Shown: positions 1-46,884 of the stretch, piece after piece
Layout of the letters: each line of letters starts with the position of its first letter
How positions within the stretch are numbered: position 1 is the stretch's first letter
DNA from: Octopus sinensis
Taxonomy: Eukaryota
Reading direction: 5' to 3'
Assembly (NCBI RefSeq): GCF_006345805.1
Contig: NC_043000.1
Coordinates: forward strand, 12,958,001 to 13,022,000
Length of the DNA: 64,000 bases
The notes under the pieces: generated by a model
What the model saw: only the letters and a program-made list of their open reading frames with translations
The model's database searches: none
Told to the model about the DNA's origin: nothing
Position numbers and translations under genes: made by a program

Positions 1-651
1 TATGCATTCAAATCTAGCTATAGCTTTGTATTTGCTAACACAAATGAACCCTTTGTTTCACAATCAAGCAGTTAGCATTGGGAAGTGGAAAAATACAGGT
101 CTAACAACATATCAACAAATATCCAAAACCTGCGGGAATAGACTAACCATGGAAAACCACAAACTATAAATAAACATATCTTGATATCAGAACTTGTGGA
201 ACAAACTGGGAACTGAATTCAAACTGCATCTATTACAAGATAAATATTTCATCTACAAATTGAATATTATAAATGATCTAATGGACAAATAGCTATATAA
301 GTATGTCTGTGTGTGTGTATCCTTGTACATCACATGATGGTTGTAAATGAGAGCCATTGTTGCACAAGCGAGGTTCTTTGTAAAAAATATGTCAAATGAT
401 GGAAGAATATGACTTTGCTTGAAAACAGGTGAGGGTTGGTGACAAGAAGGGCATCTGGCTGTAGAAAGTCTGCCTCAACAAATTCCATCTGACCCATATG
501 AACATGGAAACTAGGCAGCAAATGATGATGATGATGATGATTGCAACATGTAGCAATCTGACATGTACATGTTCAGTTCAATATCTTAGTTTAAGTTTCT
601 CTTACAAACATTGATATTGGTACTCTTAATAATTATAAAATAGCTAATGTG

Positions 652-674
652 TCACACACACACACACACACACA

Positions 675-710
<36 letters not shown>
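652..710. repeat. Compound (CA)n(CT)n microsatellite
   Basis: Direct reading. Confidence 0.95.
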
Positions 711-713
<3 letters not shown>

Positions 714-1466
714 CACAATAGACAGTGGTTAAATACAGCTGGATATCATTCCTAGAGGTAGGAACTGACATGTGGCTAATCCAGAATGAGACAAATGGGT
801 GCTGGCTATTTGGATGGATGCTGATGATTTGGCACAGCTGACTGGACACTGAACCAGTTTTGAGGACAGTAATTTTTGGTGCAGCAGGTAATCACACACA
901 GACACACACACAATAGTACATCAAGATTGAAGCCTGGTGCAGCCATCTGGTTTGCCATTCCTCAGTCAAATTGTCCAACCCATGCTAAGCATGGAAAGCG
1001 AACGTTAAACGATGATGATGATGATGATACAAATAGAAAGAAGGAGAGAGAGGCTTTGTAATATGTTAATTGAATATGTTTGGCATAAACATTTTCCTCT
1101 CTGACACATAAACAGAAACATGCTCACACACATAAACAGAAAGAAAGAGAGAGAGAATGAGAGAAACACTAAGATGTCTGATGACAAATAAGTCAGTAGT
1201 GAATCAGGGATGCCAAAGCATCTGATACTCTGGCAACATACAGCCTGACTTCATTCTGGTAATAAGAATTTTGAGGAAACACTTATAATGACAAACTGAA
1301 AAATGTTCAAATTTTCAAAACTATTTGCAATTAAGCTAACTTAATAAATGGAGGTGAAACAGTATTTAGATATGGAAACAAATTTGGAGGTAAAGTCTAG
1401 ATAAATCACAAAAACAGAGCCAAAATTCAGTAAATAATCTAATATATCAAATTTAGATAATTTTAA

Positions 1467-1686
1467 CCCTTTAGTGTTCAGATTATTCTGTAAAAAGTGA
1501 TGTTTGTTTATTTAAAATGGCTTGAATTAATCATGCATTATCTTGTAATTTAGGGATTTCAGTGATGTGATTTTTTAGTTTTAGAATGACATGGTAGGGC
1601 TGAGGTAAGAAGCGAGATCTGGTCAGTTTCAATATAAAACAGGTTAAATATTTTGGCTGGACATGGCCGGTTTGAATGCTAAAGGG
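1467..1686. mobile_element. piggyBac-type MITE
   Basis: TTAA TSD on both sides; TIRs CCCTTTAGTGTTCA / TGAATGCTAAAGGG. Confidence 0.85.
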
Positions 1687-1786
1687 TTAATCAAATAATG
1701 TTAATAAGAAACACTGGAAGTAAAGCAATAAAAACAGAAATATAAAATGAAGAAACGTAAAATAGAAATTAAAAAAATAGGGTTAC

Positions 1787-35924
<34,138 letters not shown>

Positions 35925-36732
35925 TTTGTTTCCTCTCTGAGAAAAAAAAAAAAAATGTAAAATTTAATATTTTTTTTTATTGTGATATTTTCTCTTTAGA
36001 ACCCTTGAACTACAATATCACAGCAACACACTTCAAAAATCTCGAACCATAACATTTTCATTGTAGAACTCTCCACTAAACAATGGAGAACTCTCTAACC
36101 TCAACACTTTGCAGAACTCAACATTATGCTGTAGGGCTCTCCCCACATAACACCACACTGTAAGCAGAAATGGTAAAAGCTGATCTCTCAGAAGATGACA
36201 AAGAAATGTGGCAAAACACTGTGCAAGTATGCAAAAATGGAGAGAAAAATGATAATGATGATAGTGAAACACAAAATTACTTACTACTCTAATAATCAGT
36301 TAATAACACCAAGGTGGAATAAAAAAAAAAATACTTAACTTTTTATAATGCTCATGAAGCAGAGGTATGGCTATTACAGTGTTAACGCAAAACTGGTTGT
36401 AGATGACTTAAGTCTAGCAGCCTCAACTAGTTTAAACTGAAATTCTTTGCATTAAGAAGCATCAATGCAAACAAAAAAAAAAAAAACAGATGTACTATAT
36501 CATAGAACAAATTGAGATTTTTCAATAAAAAAAAGTTGGAGTGGTGAAGGGAAAATAAAGCCTGAACAAAGAATTATCTTAGATACGTCAAAATTTGGAC
36601 CTAAAACCAAAGCAAAGAGAATCAGAGAATGATTTTTCTGCTAAGGTTCAATACTCTTGATTCTTTATGTAAATTCTCAAATGATTAAAAATGGCCCAGA
36701 AGCAGAGTTTATAAAAAGCTTTTTTTTTCATT

Positions 36733-37082
36733 AATGGTAACTCAAGCATGGCGTCTTCGCCTGTCGCCAGAAAAACAGGACACTTTGTTAAAAATGACAA
36801 TTCTCACAATTGCTGCAGTCTTGTGTAAGTATCTCTCTCTTAATTTCTCCTTTTTATGTCAGTTATCTTAAAACAGGAGTAGGATTATGTCAGTAGTTGC
36901 TAGGGACTTAACAAATGAGAAACAAAGTGAAGTAAGCCTCAATTTAAACTGCTATTAATTGAACTAACAATTTGTTCTTGGGTTACCCATCGATAGTCTT
37001 ACTATCAAGTAGCAGCCTCATTTTGTGATATTTTTATGTTTGTAGTAGGTTTTAATAAAGAAAAGAGACTCCCACTTTTGAG
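36733..37082 (+). repeat. Inverted duplicate of STT3A coding exon 1 plus 258 nt of the following intron (copy of 35925-35576)
   Basis: Base-by-base reverse complement of 35576-35925 with one mismatch (36995 A, versus G expected from 35663). Confidence 0.97.
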
Positions 37083-37621
37083 CTCAGACAAAAATGAAAA
37101 CAACTTTATCTAAAGTGTCCATCTCAGACATAAGTAGCTTTGCTGTAATGGTGTAACCAGAATGAATAATTGCTCTTGAATCTGTGATAAAAGTAGGATT
37201 TAATACAGAATTATTTTATACAGCAATCAAGGACTCTCATCAAAGGACATTTAGCAAACAGCAAGTAGAAGCAAAACTAGTAACTGTGGACCACCATATT
37301 CTTCTAGGTCATGTCTTGCACATAAGAACTACTACCTTAGTTGTAGTAGACTGGGCTACTTTCAGCGAATCCTGCAGGTCAAAACTACTACACTCTATAA
37401 AGCCTATCATTAATATTAGAATTAATGGTCCAAAATAATCTGATGAAGAAGTAACTGTGAATATTAATTGGGCAAGAAAGGATAATTTACACTGGGTTCT
37501 TTGTAAATTGAATGGTTACCTAGTTGGAATGAAAATGGATCCACTGTAAAAATTATCATTAATCAGCAAAGTCACTGATAGATACTGACATTAAACTGCA
37601 ATCCTACCTTTAATAAAAACT

Positions 37622-38080
37622 TGCCAGCCTCGCCTGGCCCCCGTGCTGGTAGCACGTAAAAGCACCATCCGCTCGTGTCTGTTGCCAGCCTCGCCTGGCC
37701 CCGTGCCGGTAGCATGTAAAAGCACCATCCGCTCGTGTCTGTTGCCAGCCTCGCCTGGCCCCCGTGCCGGTAGCATGTAAAAGCACCATCCGTTCGTGTC
37801 CGTTGCCAGCCTCGCCTGGCCCCGTGCCGGTGGCACGAAAAAACACCATCCGTTCGTGGCCGTTTGCCAGCTCTGTCTGGCACCTGTGCAGGTGGCACGT
37901 AAAAAGCACCCACTACACTCACGGAGTGGTTGGCATTAGGAAGGGCATCCAGCCGTAGAAACACTGCCAAATCTGACTGGGCCTGATGAAGCCTTCCGGC
38001 TTCACAGACCCCAGTTAAACCGTCCAACCCATGCTAGCATGGAAAACAGACGCTAAATGATGATGATGATGATGATGATG
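37622..38080 (+). mobile_element. RTE 3' UTR fragment with about 60-bp minisatellite (4 A units + 1 B unit) and (GAT)n tail
   Basis: Same tail as 10696-10900. Confidence 0.88.
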
Positions 38081-38214
38081 AGACTATTCTAAAAGTTTAC
38101 TGTGCAAAAGTTCATTCCACAAATAATACTCAGTAAACACTGAAGAAAAGCATGGGCTTATGATTGGTGACCTAATCTTGGTAGAGATACTGAAGAATTT
38201 GTTATATCTTGTGA

Positions 38215-39150
38215 CATCATCATCATCATCATCATCATCGTTTAACGTCCGCTTTCCATGCTAGCATGGGTTGGACGGTTCAACTGGGGTCTGGCAAGCC
38301 CGAAGGCTGCACCAGGTCAGTCAGATCTGGCAGTGTTTCTACAGCTGGATGCCCTTCCTAACGCCAACCACTCCGAGAGTGTAGTGGGTGATTTTATGTG
38401 CCACCGACACAGGTGCCAGACGAGGCTGGCAGACGGCCACGCTCGGATGGTGTTTTTTATGTGCCACCGACACAGGTGCCAGACGAGGCTGGCTGACGGC
38501 CACGCTCGGATGGTGTTTTCTTATGTGTCACCGACACAGGTGCCAGACGGGGCTGGCGGACGGCCACGCTCGGATGGTGTTTGTTACGTGCCCTCAGCAC
38601 GGAGGCCAGTCGTTGCGGTACTGGCTACGATCACGTTCGGAAGGTTTTTCTTATGTGCCACCGGCACTGGTACCACAAGGATACAAATTCCATTGATGTT
38701 CATCTATTTTGATTTGGTTCGATTTGATTTGATTTGATTCGATTCGATTCTCACTTGCCTCAACAGGTCTTCACAAGTGTCACAAGAAGGAAGGTATGCA
38801 CAGGTGGACTGACTACGTCCCAGGTAGGGGCCACGGATTATGGCTTCACTAGTCTTGCCGGGTCTTCTCACGCACAGCATACTTCCATAGGTCTCGGTCT
38901 CTAGTCATTTCCATGGTGAGACCTAACGTCCGAAGGTCGTGCTTCACCACTTCGTCCAGGTTTTCCTGGGTCTACCTCTTCCACGGGTTCCCTCAACTGC
39001 TAGGGATTGGCACTTTCTCACACACCTATCTTCATCCATTCTCGCCACATGACCATACCAGCGCAATCGTCTCTCTTGCACACAACAACTGATGCTTCTT
39101 AGGTACAACATTTCTCTCAAGGTACTAACGCTCTGTCGAGTAAGTACACA
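38215..39150 (-). mobile_element. RTE LINE 3' fragment (end of ORF, 3' UTR, (GAT)n tail)
   Basis: 38940-39150 is homologous to 11380-11600; tail catcatcat at 38215. Confidence 0.88.
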
Positions 39151-40120
39151 TGTGCATTAAAATAAGATTTAAAGGTGTCCCTATAACCGATAAGTAATCT
39201 GAATCACTGTACTGATAAATCATAGTATCGATAAGTGGCTTTGGGAAGGATTACCTTATGAAGAAGGGATGCATTCAAAATGTTGCAACTCGATCATGAG
39301 ACCTTTTGTGCTAACTAATGTTTCTAGTAAGTCAACAACCTCAATTGATCCAAATACTAATATTCATCCTCCAAAATCTCTTTTACTGCCCACACCAACT
39401 CCTGTTACCTATAATTTACATTGAGTACACTGTACACAATTCCTGCTTACTACTTATTCGTTTTCATACTGAACACAGCCACTGTCTAGATGGCAGTAGA
39501 GTATTGTGTTTATTCCTGCTTACTTTGTTAGGTTTACTTTGAGGTCTCAGAAAATCTACCTCAATAAATTCCATCTAACTCATGCAAGCATAAAAAAGGG
39601 GACATTACTACATACAAATTATTATGCATATAAATCATTTTCTGGCTCTACACTCAAAAACATGCAGAAAAAAAAGAATCCTTATTTGAAAAATAAGGGT
39701 TAGTACTGGAAGAGCATCCAGCTGTAAAACAATGCCTTGTTAACATAACTGCCTAAAACATGCTAGCAAAAGAAAAGTTCATTTTACATTTCTGTTGCCA
39801 TGCTAACATGGGTTAGATGAATATATTACTGAAATAGTGTTTTACAGACTAACACCGTACTTCTCAATAACTTATATCTGTTATTGAAGTAAAGGATCTC
39901 TAAATCCATAGGTCTCTGCAATTTGTTGACATGACGTTGACCCTACAACTTTCACTGACACTAGATATCTAGGCTTGACTTGTTTCCAGAGGATGCAAGC
40001 TGTGAGATAAAGATCTATAAGGTATTATACAAGCTTAACTGGACTTAAGAATTCTGTAACAGCATTATTAATGTGTCACAGTAAAAGTCTTCCTCCAACA
40101 CTCCAACACAAGTAGACCAT

Positions 40121-40505
40121 TCTTTTACTCGTTTCAGTCATTTGACTGTGGCCATGCTGGAGCACCGCCTTTAGTTTAACAAATCGACTCCAGGACTTAT
40201 TCTTTGTAAGCCTAGTACTTATTCTATTGGTCTCCTTTTGCCGAACCGCTAAGTTACAGAGACATTAACACACTAGCATCAGTTGTCAAGCGATGTTGGG
40301 GGGAAAAACACAGACACACAAACATATATATATATATATATACATATACAATGGGCTTCTTTCAGTTGCCGTCTACCAAATCCACTCACAAGGCTTTGGT
40401 CAGCCTGAGGCTATAGTAGAAGACACTTGCCCAAGGTGCTATGCAGTGGGACTGAACCCGGAACCATGTGGTTGGTAAGGAAGCTACTTACCACACAGCC
40501 ACTCC
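40121..40505 (-). mobile_element. tRNA-derived SINE, family A
   Basis: Full match to family A. Confidence 0.85.
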
Positions 40506-40748
40506 AGCGATCTGCTGCAATGGTTCTAAAATACAACACTTAAAAACCTAACAGTATATCTTTTTTCTACCCCTCTGAAGAGATTTTGGCTAATATAATG
40601 ATTTTGATAATTGTTATTTAATCTATTAGGCTTAAGTGAAACAGCTGTAAGGGACGATGCTTGATTTTTGCAGATAATAAATTTTTATAAAATGTTATAT
40701 TTCCATTTTCTTACTTTCTTTGGAATGATTATAAGCCATGAATTATTT

Positions 40749-40929
40749 GTGCGGGTGGCACGTAAAAAGCACCCACTACACTCACGGAGTGGTTGGCGTT
40801 AGGAAGGGCATCCAGCCGTAGAAACACTGCCAGATCTGACTGGGCCTGATGCAGCCTTCCAGCTTCACAGACCCAGTTGAACCGTCCAACCCATGCTAGC
40901 ATGGAAAACGGACGCTAAATGATGATGAT
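40749..40929 (+). mobile_element. RTE-tail repeat, about 180 bp
   Basis: Starts gtgcgggtggcacgtaaaaagcaccc; nearly identical to 55689-55877. Confidence 0.88.
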
Positions 40930-41503
40930 ATACACACACAAATATATGAGGGAGGAGACATTTTCGAACCCATACCATCGCTTGGGGGAGAAAAAAACAC
41001 CAGTTAAGAGGTTAAATGCTAACATTTAACCACTTAACTGGTTAAGATAATTGACACGTGTATGTATACACACACACACATATATAAGCGACGTTACAGA
41101 TATTATGCACACATAAATTATAATAAATAAAATTCGAAGAGGCAGTAAAATGCAGCTGAGGTATATTAAACCTGATATTTGAAAAAGCAGCGAACGTTTC
41201 AGACTTAGACCTTCATCAGAGATAGGGGCAAGTTTGTGTTCTAGGAATTAACAAGTGTGTACGTGTACGTGTGAGTGTGTATGCGATCGAGTGAGTCTAG
41301 GTGATTGCCTGTGCATAGCTACCAATTACACTTTATTTTACACGACTATACGAAACACTGTACTTAACATAATGCAGTTTAAGTATTGAAGTACAAATAT
41401 CTGATGAATAATGTGACGTAAAGAAAAAAAATTTTTTTTTCTAAATGTTGAAAATGGGCAGCGATCAGTGAACAAGTAGTTACACGTACGCGTTCACCCA
41501 AAT

Positions 41504-41534
<31 letters not shown>

Positions 41535-41568
41535 CACATAATATATATATATATACATACGTACATAT

Positions 41569-41604
<36 letters not shown>

Positions 41605-42241
41605 CTAATATTGAGGGGTTAGCAAAAGAAATGCATCACCACACACCGAAATTCAGAAATAGCAGCCAAAATCTAAGCCATTTCTTCTACTTAATTAATT
41701 AGTTTTACCCTTAATTGCTATATATATATATATATATATATATAGGCATATGTTAGTGAATGTAATCGTGTGGTCATTACAAGAATAGTGTCGATCTAAG
41801 AACACGTTGGCTAGGAAGTATGAAGGAAACACGTCTATGAAGCATTGAACGATGAAAAAACTAATTATGTATGTTAAGTGCATATATATACATATAGATG
41901 TATATATATATATATATGCACTTACATTCATATATGAAATTGCATGTAAATTTGCATAAGGGATGTTTTGGGGGCCTCGGAGAAGAAGCTGTTGGTGCTT
42001 CACGTTTCAACTACCGGTGTTGTTGTGCCACATCAGCAGACCATCCCGATATTATATCAAACAGCAGCGTTAGTATCTCAAGCCGTAATTTCTTTTAGAA
42101 ACAGCAGAAAACTTTGGTAATTTTTTTTCTACGTAGCATTACCGACATTTATAAAGGTCGTCGTCTTTTAAATTAAAAGCATTTGAGGAAAGTTGTTTAA
42201 AAAAGCAATTAGTTGTAAATAAATAACAAAAGTACACTCAC

Positions 42242-42330
42242 TGAAACACCCACGTCTGGAATAACGTTAACGAAAGGGAAGTGACGCTGACAGTTATACG
42301 GAGTGAAAGAAAATACACGCTTTATATATG
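42242..42330 (-). other. Candidate non-coding first exon of STT3A
   Basis: CA|GTGAGT donor at 42241-42236 in locally CpG-rich unique sequence. Coding exon 1 has an acceptor, so an upstream exon is required. The 5' limit is a guess. Confidence 0.45.
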
Positions 42331-42600
42331 TATATGTGTCAATTATGTATATGTGTATGTGTATGTTTGCGCGTGTGTAACTTTCTATATATGCGTGTAA
42401 TCGCTTATTTTTTTTAATTAGTATTTCAATTAGATATTTTTAATTAATTTCTTTTTTTTTTCTATTTAAAAAAAAGATCATTATAATTGATTGACATACA
42501 TTGTTTTGGATGCATCTTTAAACGATAGTTATGCATCGGAGTGAATAAAGAGAAGGATTTTGATTGGCTGTTGCTATGGTCTGCTTGAAGATTAAGGTTA
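42330..42600. promoter_or_regulatory. Candidate bidirectional promoter with NF-Y/CCAAT box
   Basis: TGATTGGCTG (= CAGCCAATCA, NF-Y consensus) at 42561-42570; CpG-enriched; lies between two outward-facing splice donors. Confidence 0.45.
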
Positions 42601-42755
42601 CAGTGTGTTTGACGAGGCAGACGACAGGTTATCAATGTCTCGCTTTCGCAAATCGATGTTTACAATTTTAAGCGAAATCCAAAGCTAACACGGAATATTT
42701 TTTCTCAAATTTCACTGAAATTTATCCCGCTTTCTTTGTTTTCTTACTCTAATTG
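42570..42755 (+). other. Candidate first (non-coding) exon of an unidentified divergent gene
   Basis: TTG|GTAAGT donor at 42756 followed by a T-rich, intron-like tract. Contains a 17-codon uORF (42635-42688, MSRFRKSMFTILSEIQS). Confidence 0.4.
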
Positions 42756-43155
42756 GTAAGTTCTCAAATTTACTCAATTTTATAGTTAATATTTCTTTTC
42801 TTTGGAAATCGATTTTTTTTTTTCTTTTTCTTTTCTGTTTATTTTTCGTTTAACTTTTCGCCAAACTTAAGTCGAGTCTCTCATATCTGATGATTATTCG
42901 GAATTATCGACAGTATTTCCATTTTTTATTTATTCTATTAATTTGAATTCGTATTCTCAGTCGAAAGATGTTATTTACTACTTTGATCGATCAGACCGAC
43001 GATCAAAGACGTTCAGCTGTCACGAATTCGTTTTTTTTTTTTTTCCTTCTTAAGACAATAGGATTATGATTCGAAGAAAAATGTAGCGATTATTTCTTGT
43101 AGGTCGAGCAACTACTTTGAGGTTCCCTCGTCGACTATAATTGTTTTATTTATTG

Positions 43156-43379
43156 GGCGATCTTTCGTCTCTAGTAGACCTTTCCGTCGATTTCCGTAAA
43201 AATTTTTTTTTTTTACATATGGGTTTGCGGGAACTTTTGAAGTAATATACATACATATACACATACACCGAGTAAAAAAATTCAGTTATCTCTTTCTTTC
43301 ACACATTACTCTGTCTCTTCACACACACTAACAGAAGCACTTCACTTACACAACATACTGTCTGTCTCCCACACCCCAT
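43156..43379. mobile_element. Truncated copy of the 47711 MITE
   Basis: Left TIR and internal part nearly identical to 47711-47928; cut off by a SINE. Confidence 0.82.
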
Positions 43380-43630
43380 GGATTTAGTAGACGGAAACTG
43401 AAAGAAGCCCGTCGTATATATGTACATATATATATATATATATATATGCGTGCGTGCGTGTGTTTGTGTGTCTGTGTTTGTCCCCCGAGCATTGACAACC
43501 GATGCTGGTGTGTTTATGTCCCCGTTACTTAGCGGTTCGGCAAAAGAGACCAATAGAATAAGTACTGGGCTTACAAAAGAATAAGTCCCGGGGTCGATTT
43601 GCTCAAGTAAAAGAGTAAAAGAGAGTAAAA
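43380..43630 (+). mobile_element. Family A SINE, 5'-truncated
   Basis: gtagacggaaactgaaagaagcccg...(aaagagt)n. Confidence 0.8.
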
Positions 43631-44516
43631 TACCTTAGTTATCATTAAACTAGTGTTAGGAACATAAATTATGACTACGGTTTGCTGGAAGATTTTAATT
43701 CAAAACTTATGAAAACAAGACATTCGTACAACAGATCCACGGGCGGTTTCGGTGGGGTTGGTAACAAAAGGATTAAATGAGGAGGGGTTACATTGAATTG
43801 TGTTGTCTTAGATTGACTGTAAAAGACAATTAGAATGACAGGTGCTCGACAGTAAGACTGCGAGATGAGGGTTGACCACAATAGCATACCGTATTTGATG
43901 GCATATTAGCCGTACCCCAATTTCAGCTGCTCATATTCAGCTTCAGGGACAAAATAAACTTATGAGAGGCCCAACTTCTTATATACGACCCGGGATTATT
44001 TTTTTTTCTGTTTGAGACATATTTACGGAAGACAAAAAGTGCGTGTTATATATGCCATCATATATGGTACATGTGTCGTTACGTTCCGAGTTCAAATTCT
44101 GTCGAGGTCGACTTTGCTTTCATCCTTTCGGGGTCGATGAATTAAGTACCAGTTACGCACTGGGGTCGATGTAATCGACTTAATCCCTTTGTCTGTCCTT
44201 GTTTGTCCCCTCTGTGTTTAGCCCCTTGTGGGTAGTAAAGAAATATATGGTACATGTGTACAGACACGGACACAAGCGTACTCATATATAACCACATATC
44301 CACTTTGATAAATCGTTTCCAAATCAGATTATCCCTCTGCAGTTCCAGATAAACCAGGCAGCAAGAATTACTTTAGCCGCGGGCTCTGTATTTCCTGGAC
44401 AGGAGTCACCTATTTTAAACATTATTATCACAACCTTCAACTTTTTATGAATGACTGGGTGTTCCCTTTGCCTCCCAAAGCATTTTCCTGAGTTTATCCA
44501 AAACCTCTCTCTTTTC

Positions 44517-44924
44517 TCTCTTTTACTCTTTTACTTGTTTCAGTCATTTGACTGCGGCCATGCTGGAGCACCGCCTTTAGTCGAGCAAATCGACCCCGGG
44601 ACTTATTCTTTGTAAGCCTAGTACTTATTCTATCGGTCTCTTTTGCCGAACCGCAAAGTGACGGGGACGTAAACACACCAGCATCGGTTGTCAAGCAATG
44701 CTAGGGGGACAAACACAGACACACAAACACACACACACATAAATATATATATATATATACATATATACGACAGGCTTCTTTCAGTTTCCGTCTACCAAAT
44801 CCACTCACAAGGCATTGGTCGACCCGGGGCTATAGCAGAAGACACTTGCCCAAGATGCCACGCAGTGGGACTGAACTCGGAACAATGTGGTTGGTTAGCA
44901 AGCTACTTACCACACAGCCACTCT
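44517..44924 (-). mobile_element. tRNA-derived SINE, family A
   Basis: Full match; head-to-head with 45286-45689. Confidence 0.87.
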
Positions 44925-45285
44925 ATGCTTGTTTTCGGACTTTTTATTTGTTCTTGTTTCATATGTTCTGAGTTTTCCTTTTCATAAGTCCCATGTTACT
45001 CAGTGGTTGAAAAAAATTGAGAATGTGTGTCATATATAATGCATGAATGCCAGGGAGATGTCTTGTGTATCACATGTAGTATACATGAGCCGCCACCACT
45101 ACGCTATTTTCGGTATCCGATACACGTTAGATTAAGCAAATTACAATAATTAAATTCAAAGGCAGCGGATATTAAGAAACTTGGCATCTTATTTATCTAC
45201 TTCGTTGTATTAAACTTCTATAATAAGTAAGTTTTATTGCCTTCACAGTGTTTACTGTTCCACAAAATCAAACTAGAAAACTGGA

Positions 45286-45689
45286 CGTGGCTGTGTGGTA
45301 AGTAGCTTGTCTACCAACCACATGGTTCCGGGTTCAGTCCCACTGCGTGGCACCTCAGGCAAGTGTCTTCTACAATAGCCTCGGGCCGACCAATGCCTTG
45401 TGAGTGGATTTGGTAGACGGAAACTGAAAGAAGCCCGTCGTATATATGTATATATATATATATGCGTGTGTGTGTTTGTGTATCTGTGTTTGTCCCCCTA
45501 GCATTGCTTGACAACCGATGCTGGTGTGTTTATGTCCCCGTTACTTAGCGGTTTGGCAAAAGAGACCGATAGAATAAGTACTGGGCTTACAAAAGAATAA
45601 GTCCCGGTTTCGAGTTGCTCGATTAAAGGCGGTGCTCCAGCATGGCCGCAGTCAAATGACTGAAACAAGTAAAAGAGTAAAAGAGTAAA
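45286..45689 (+). mobile_element. tRNA-derived SINE, family A
   Basis: Full match, (aaagagt)n tail. Confidence 0.87.
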
Positions 45690-46463
45690 GCAGAGAACAC
45701 AATTGAAAAAAATTAAAAATAGAGAAAAAGAGCTTAATATTAATCCAGGGGGTGACAAGTTCAAAAAGAAGTTATGTCGGGACACTGAGAATAAAGTACT
45801 CAAGCATAAATCTGTGAGTGGAGAAATAGTATTTAATCCATAATCGTTAATCCGACAAAATATATATTGAGCTTAATCTATCTCAATTTGTAATATTGAG
45901 CTTAATAATTATTTTTCCTCATAAGATCGTTGAACAAATCACATTATTATTTAATATACTTTAGACATCGTAATGCTAAACATCTCCAATCAAACCGAGA
46001 ATTTTTAAAGAGGTAAAAAGAATTAATTTTAGTATAGTTGTTTCTTTAAACCATATCCCTATGTTTAAATTGATAGTCGCATTTTCAACATTAGCTCTCA
46101 AAAACAATTTAAAATTATTTTATAGTTGCATTTCAGGACAGAATATTCAAAGTGTGCTTAAATAACAATGGTATATACTAGTGAATTCTTGTAATGTTTA
46201 ATAAATATTTAAGCTTGGTGTTTTAGATTTAATTTAGAAAGAAACCCGGAGCTATAGAGGAAGGGTTAACCCATTCAAATTCGCCTCGTCAATTTACTGC
46301 GATCAAGCCGTCGTCTTCTGGCATTATAAACTTCTAAATGTCTCATACACGTCAGCTGGCCGGTTAATTATCAATCTCTAGGTACAATAATAAATAGCGG
46401 ATCCCTTTCATTCGTTTTGCTTACGTCCCCTCCACCATGCTAACTCATATATATATATATATA

Positions 46464-46847
46464 TACTAGCAGTATCGCCCGGCGTTGCTCGGGTTTGTAA
46501 GGGAAATAACTATATAAGCATTTTTAGAGAGTTATAGCCAAAAAGTAGCAAAAAAATGGAAAAAAATGATGGTAAATTTTTTTTTAAATCGTTGACTCAT
46601 CGTAGACATTTTTAGAGAGTTACTTCCCTTATATAATAGCGAAAAAATGCATTAAAATGGAAGAAAATGATGTTAATTTTTTTTTAAATCGTAGACTCAT
46701 CGTAGACGCGCGCTAATACCCAGAAGGGCTCGATATGAATCACGACTATAAGATACCCGGTTTTGTTTAAACTGCACCGCAAAATGTGGGAGTAGTTAGG
46801 AATCTAAATCGTAGGAGACAGACACACAACTTCTCTTTTATATATAA

Positions 46848-46851
<4 letters not shown>
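46464..46851 (+). mobile_element. Non-autonomous Helitron/Helentron-type (DINE-1/HINE-like) element in (TA)n
   Basis: 5' TACTAGCAG followed by short hairpin CCCGGCGTTGCTCGGG; internal tandem repeat; 3' acaacttctcttttatatataaagaT. No TIR or TSD. Confidence 0.6.

Positions 46852-46884
<33 letters not shown>

Noticed and set aside
1-1786. Final STT3A exon (expected FDRVR...EHWLVRIYKV-like)
   Set aside because: No matching codons found by eye; presumably beyond the window edge
36733-36830. A second, plus-strand STT3A paralog
   Set aside because: No acceptor or promoter context, and no downstream STT3 exons on the plus strand; it is a local inverted copy
42545-42570. ER-stress element (CCAAT-N9-CCACG) in the STT3A promoter
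   Set aside because: The CCAAT is present but CCACG is not at the required spacing
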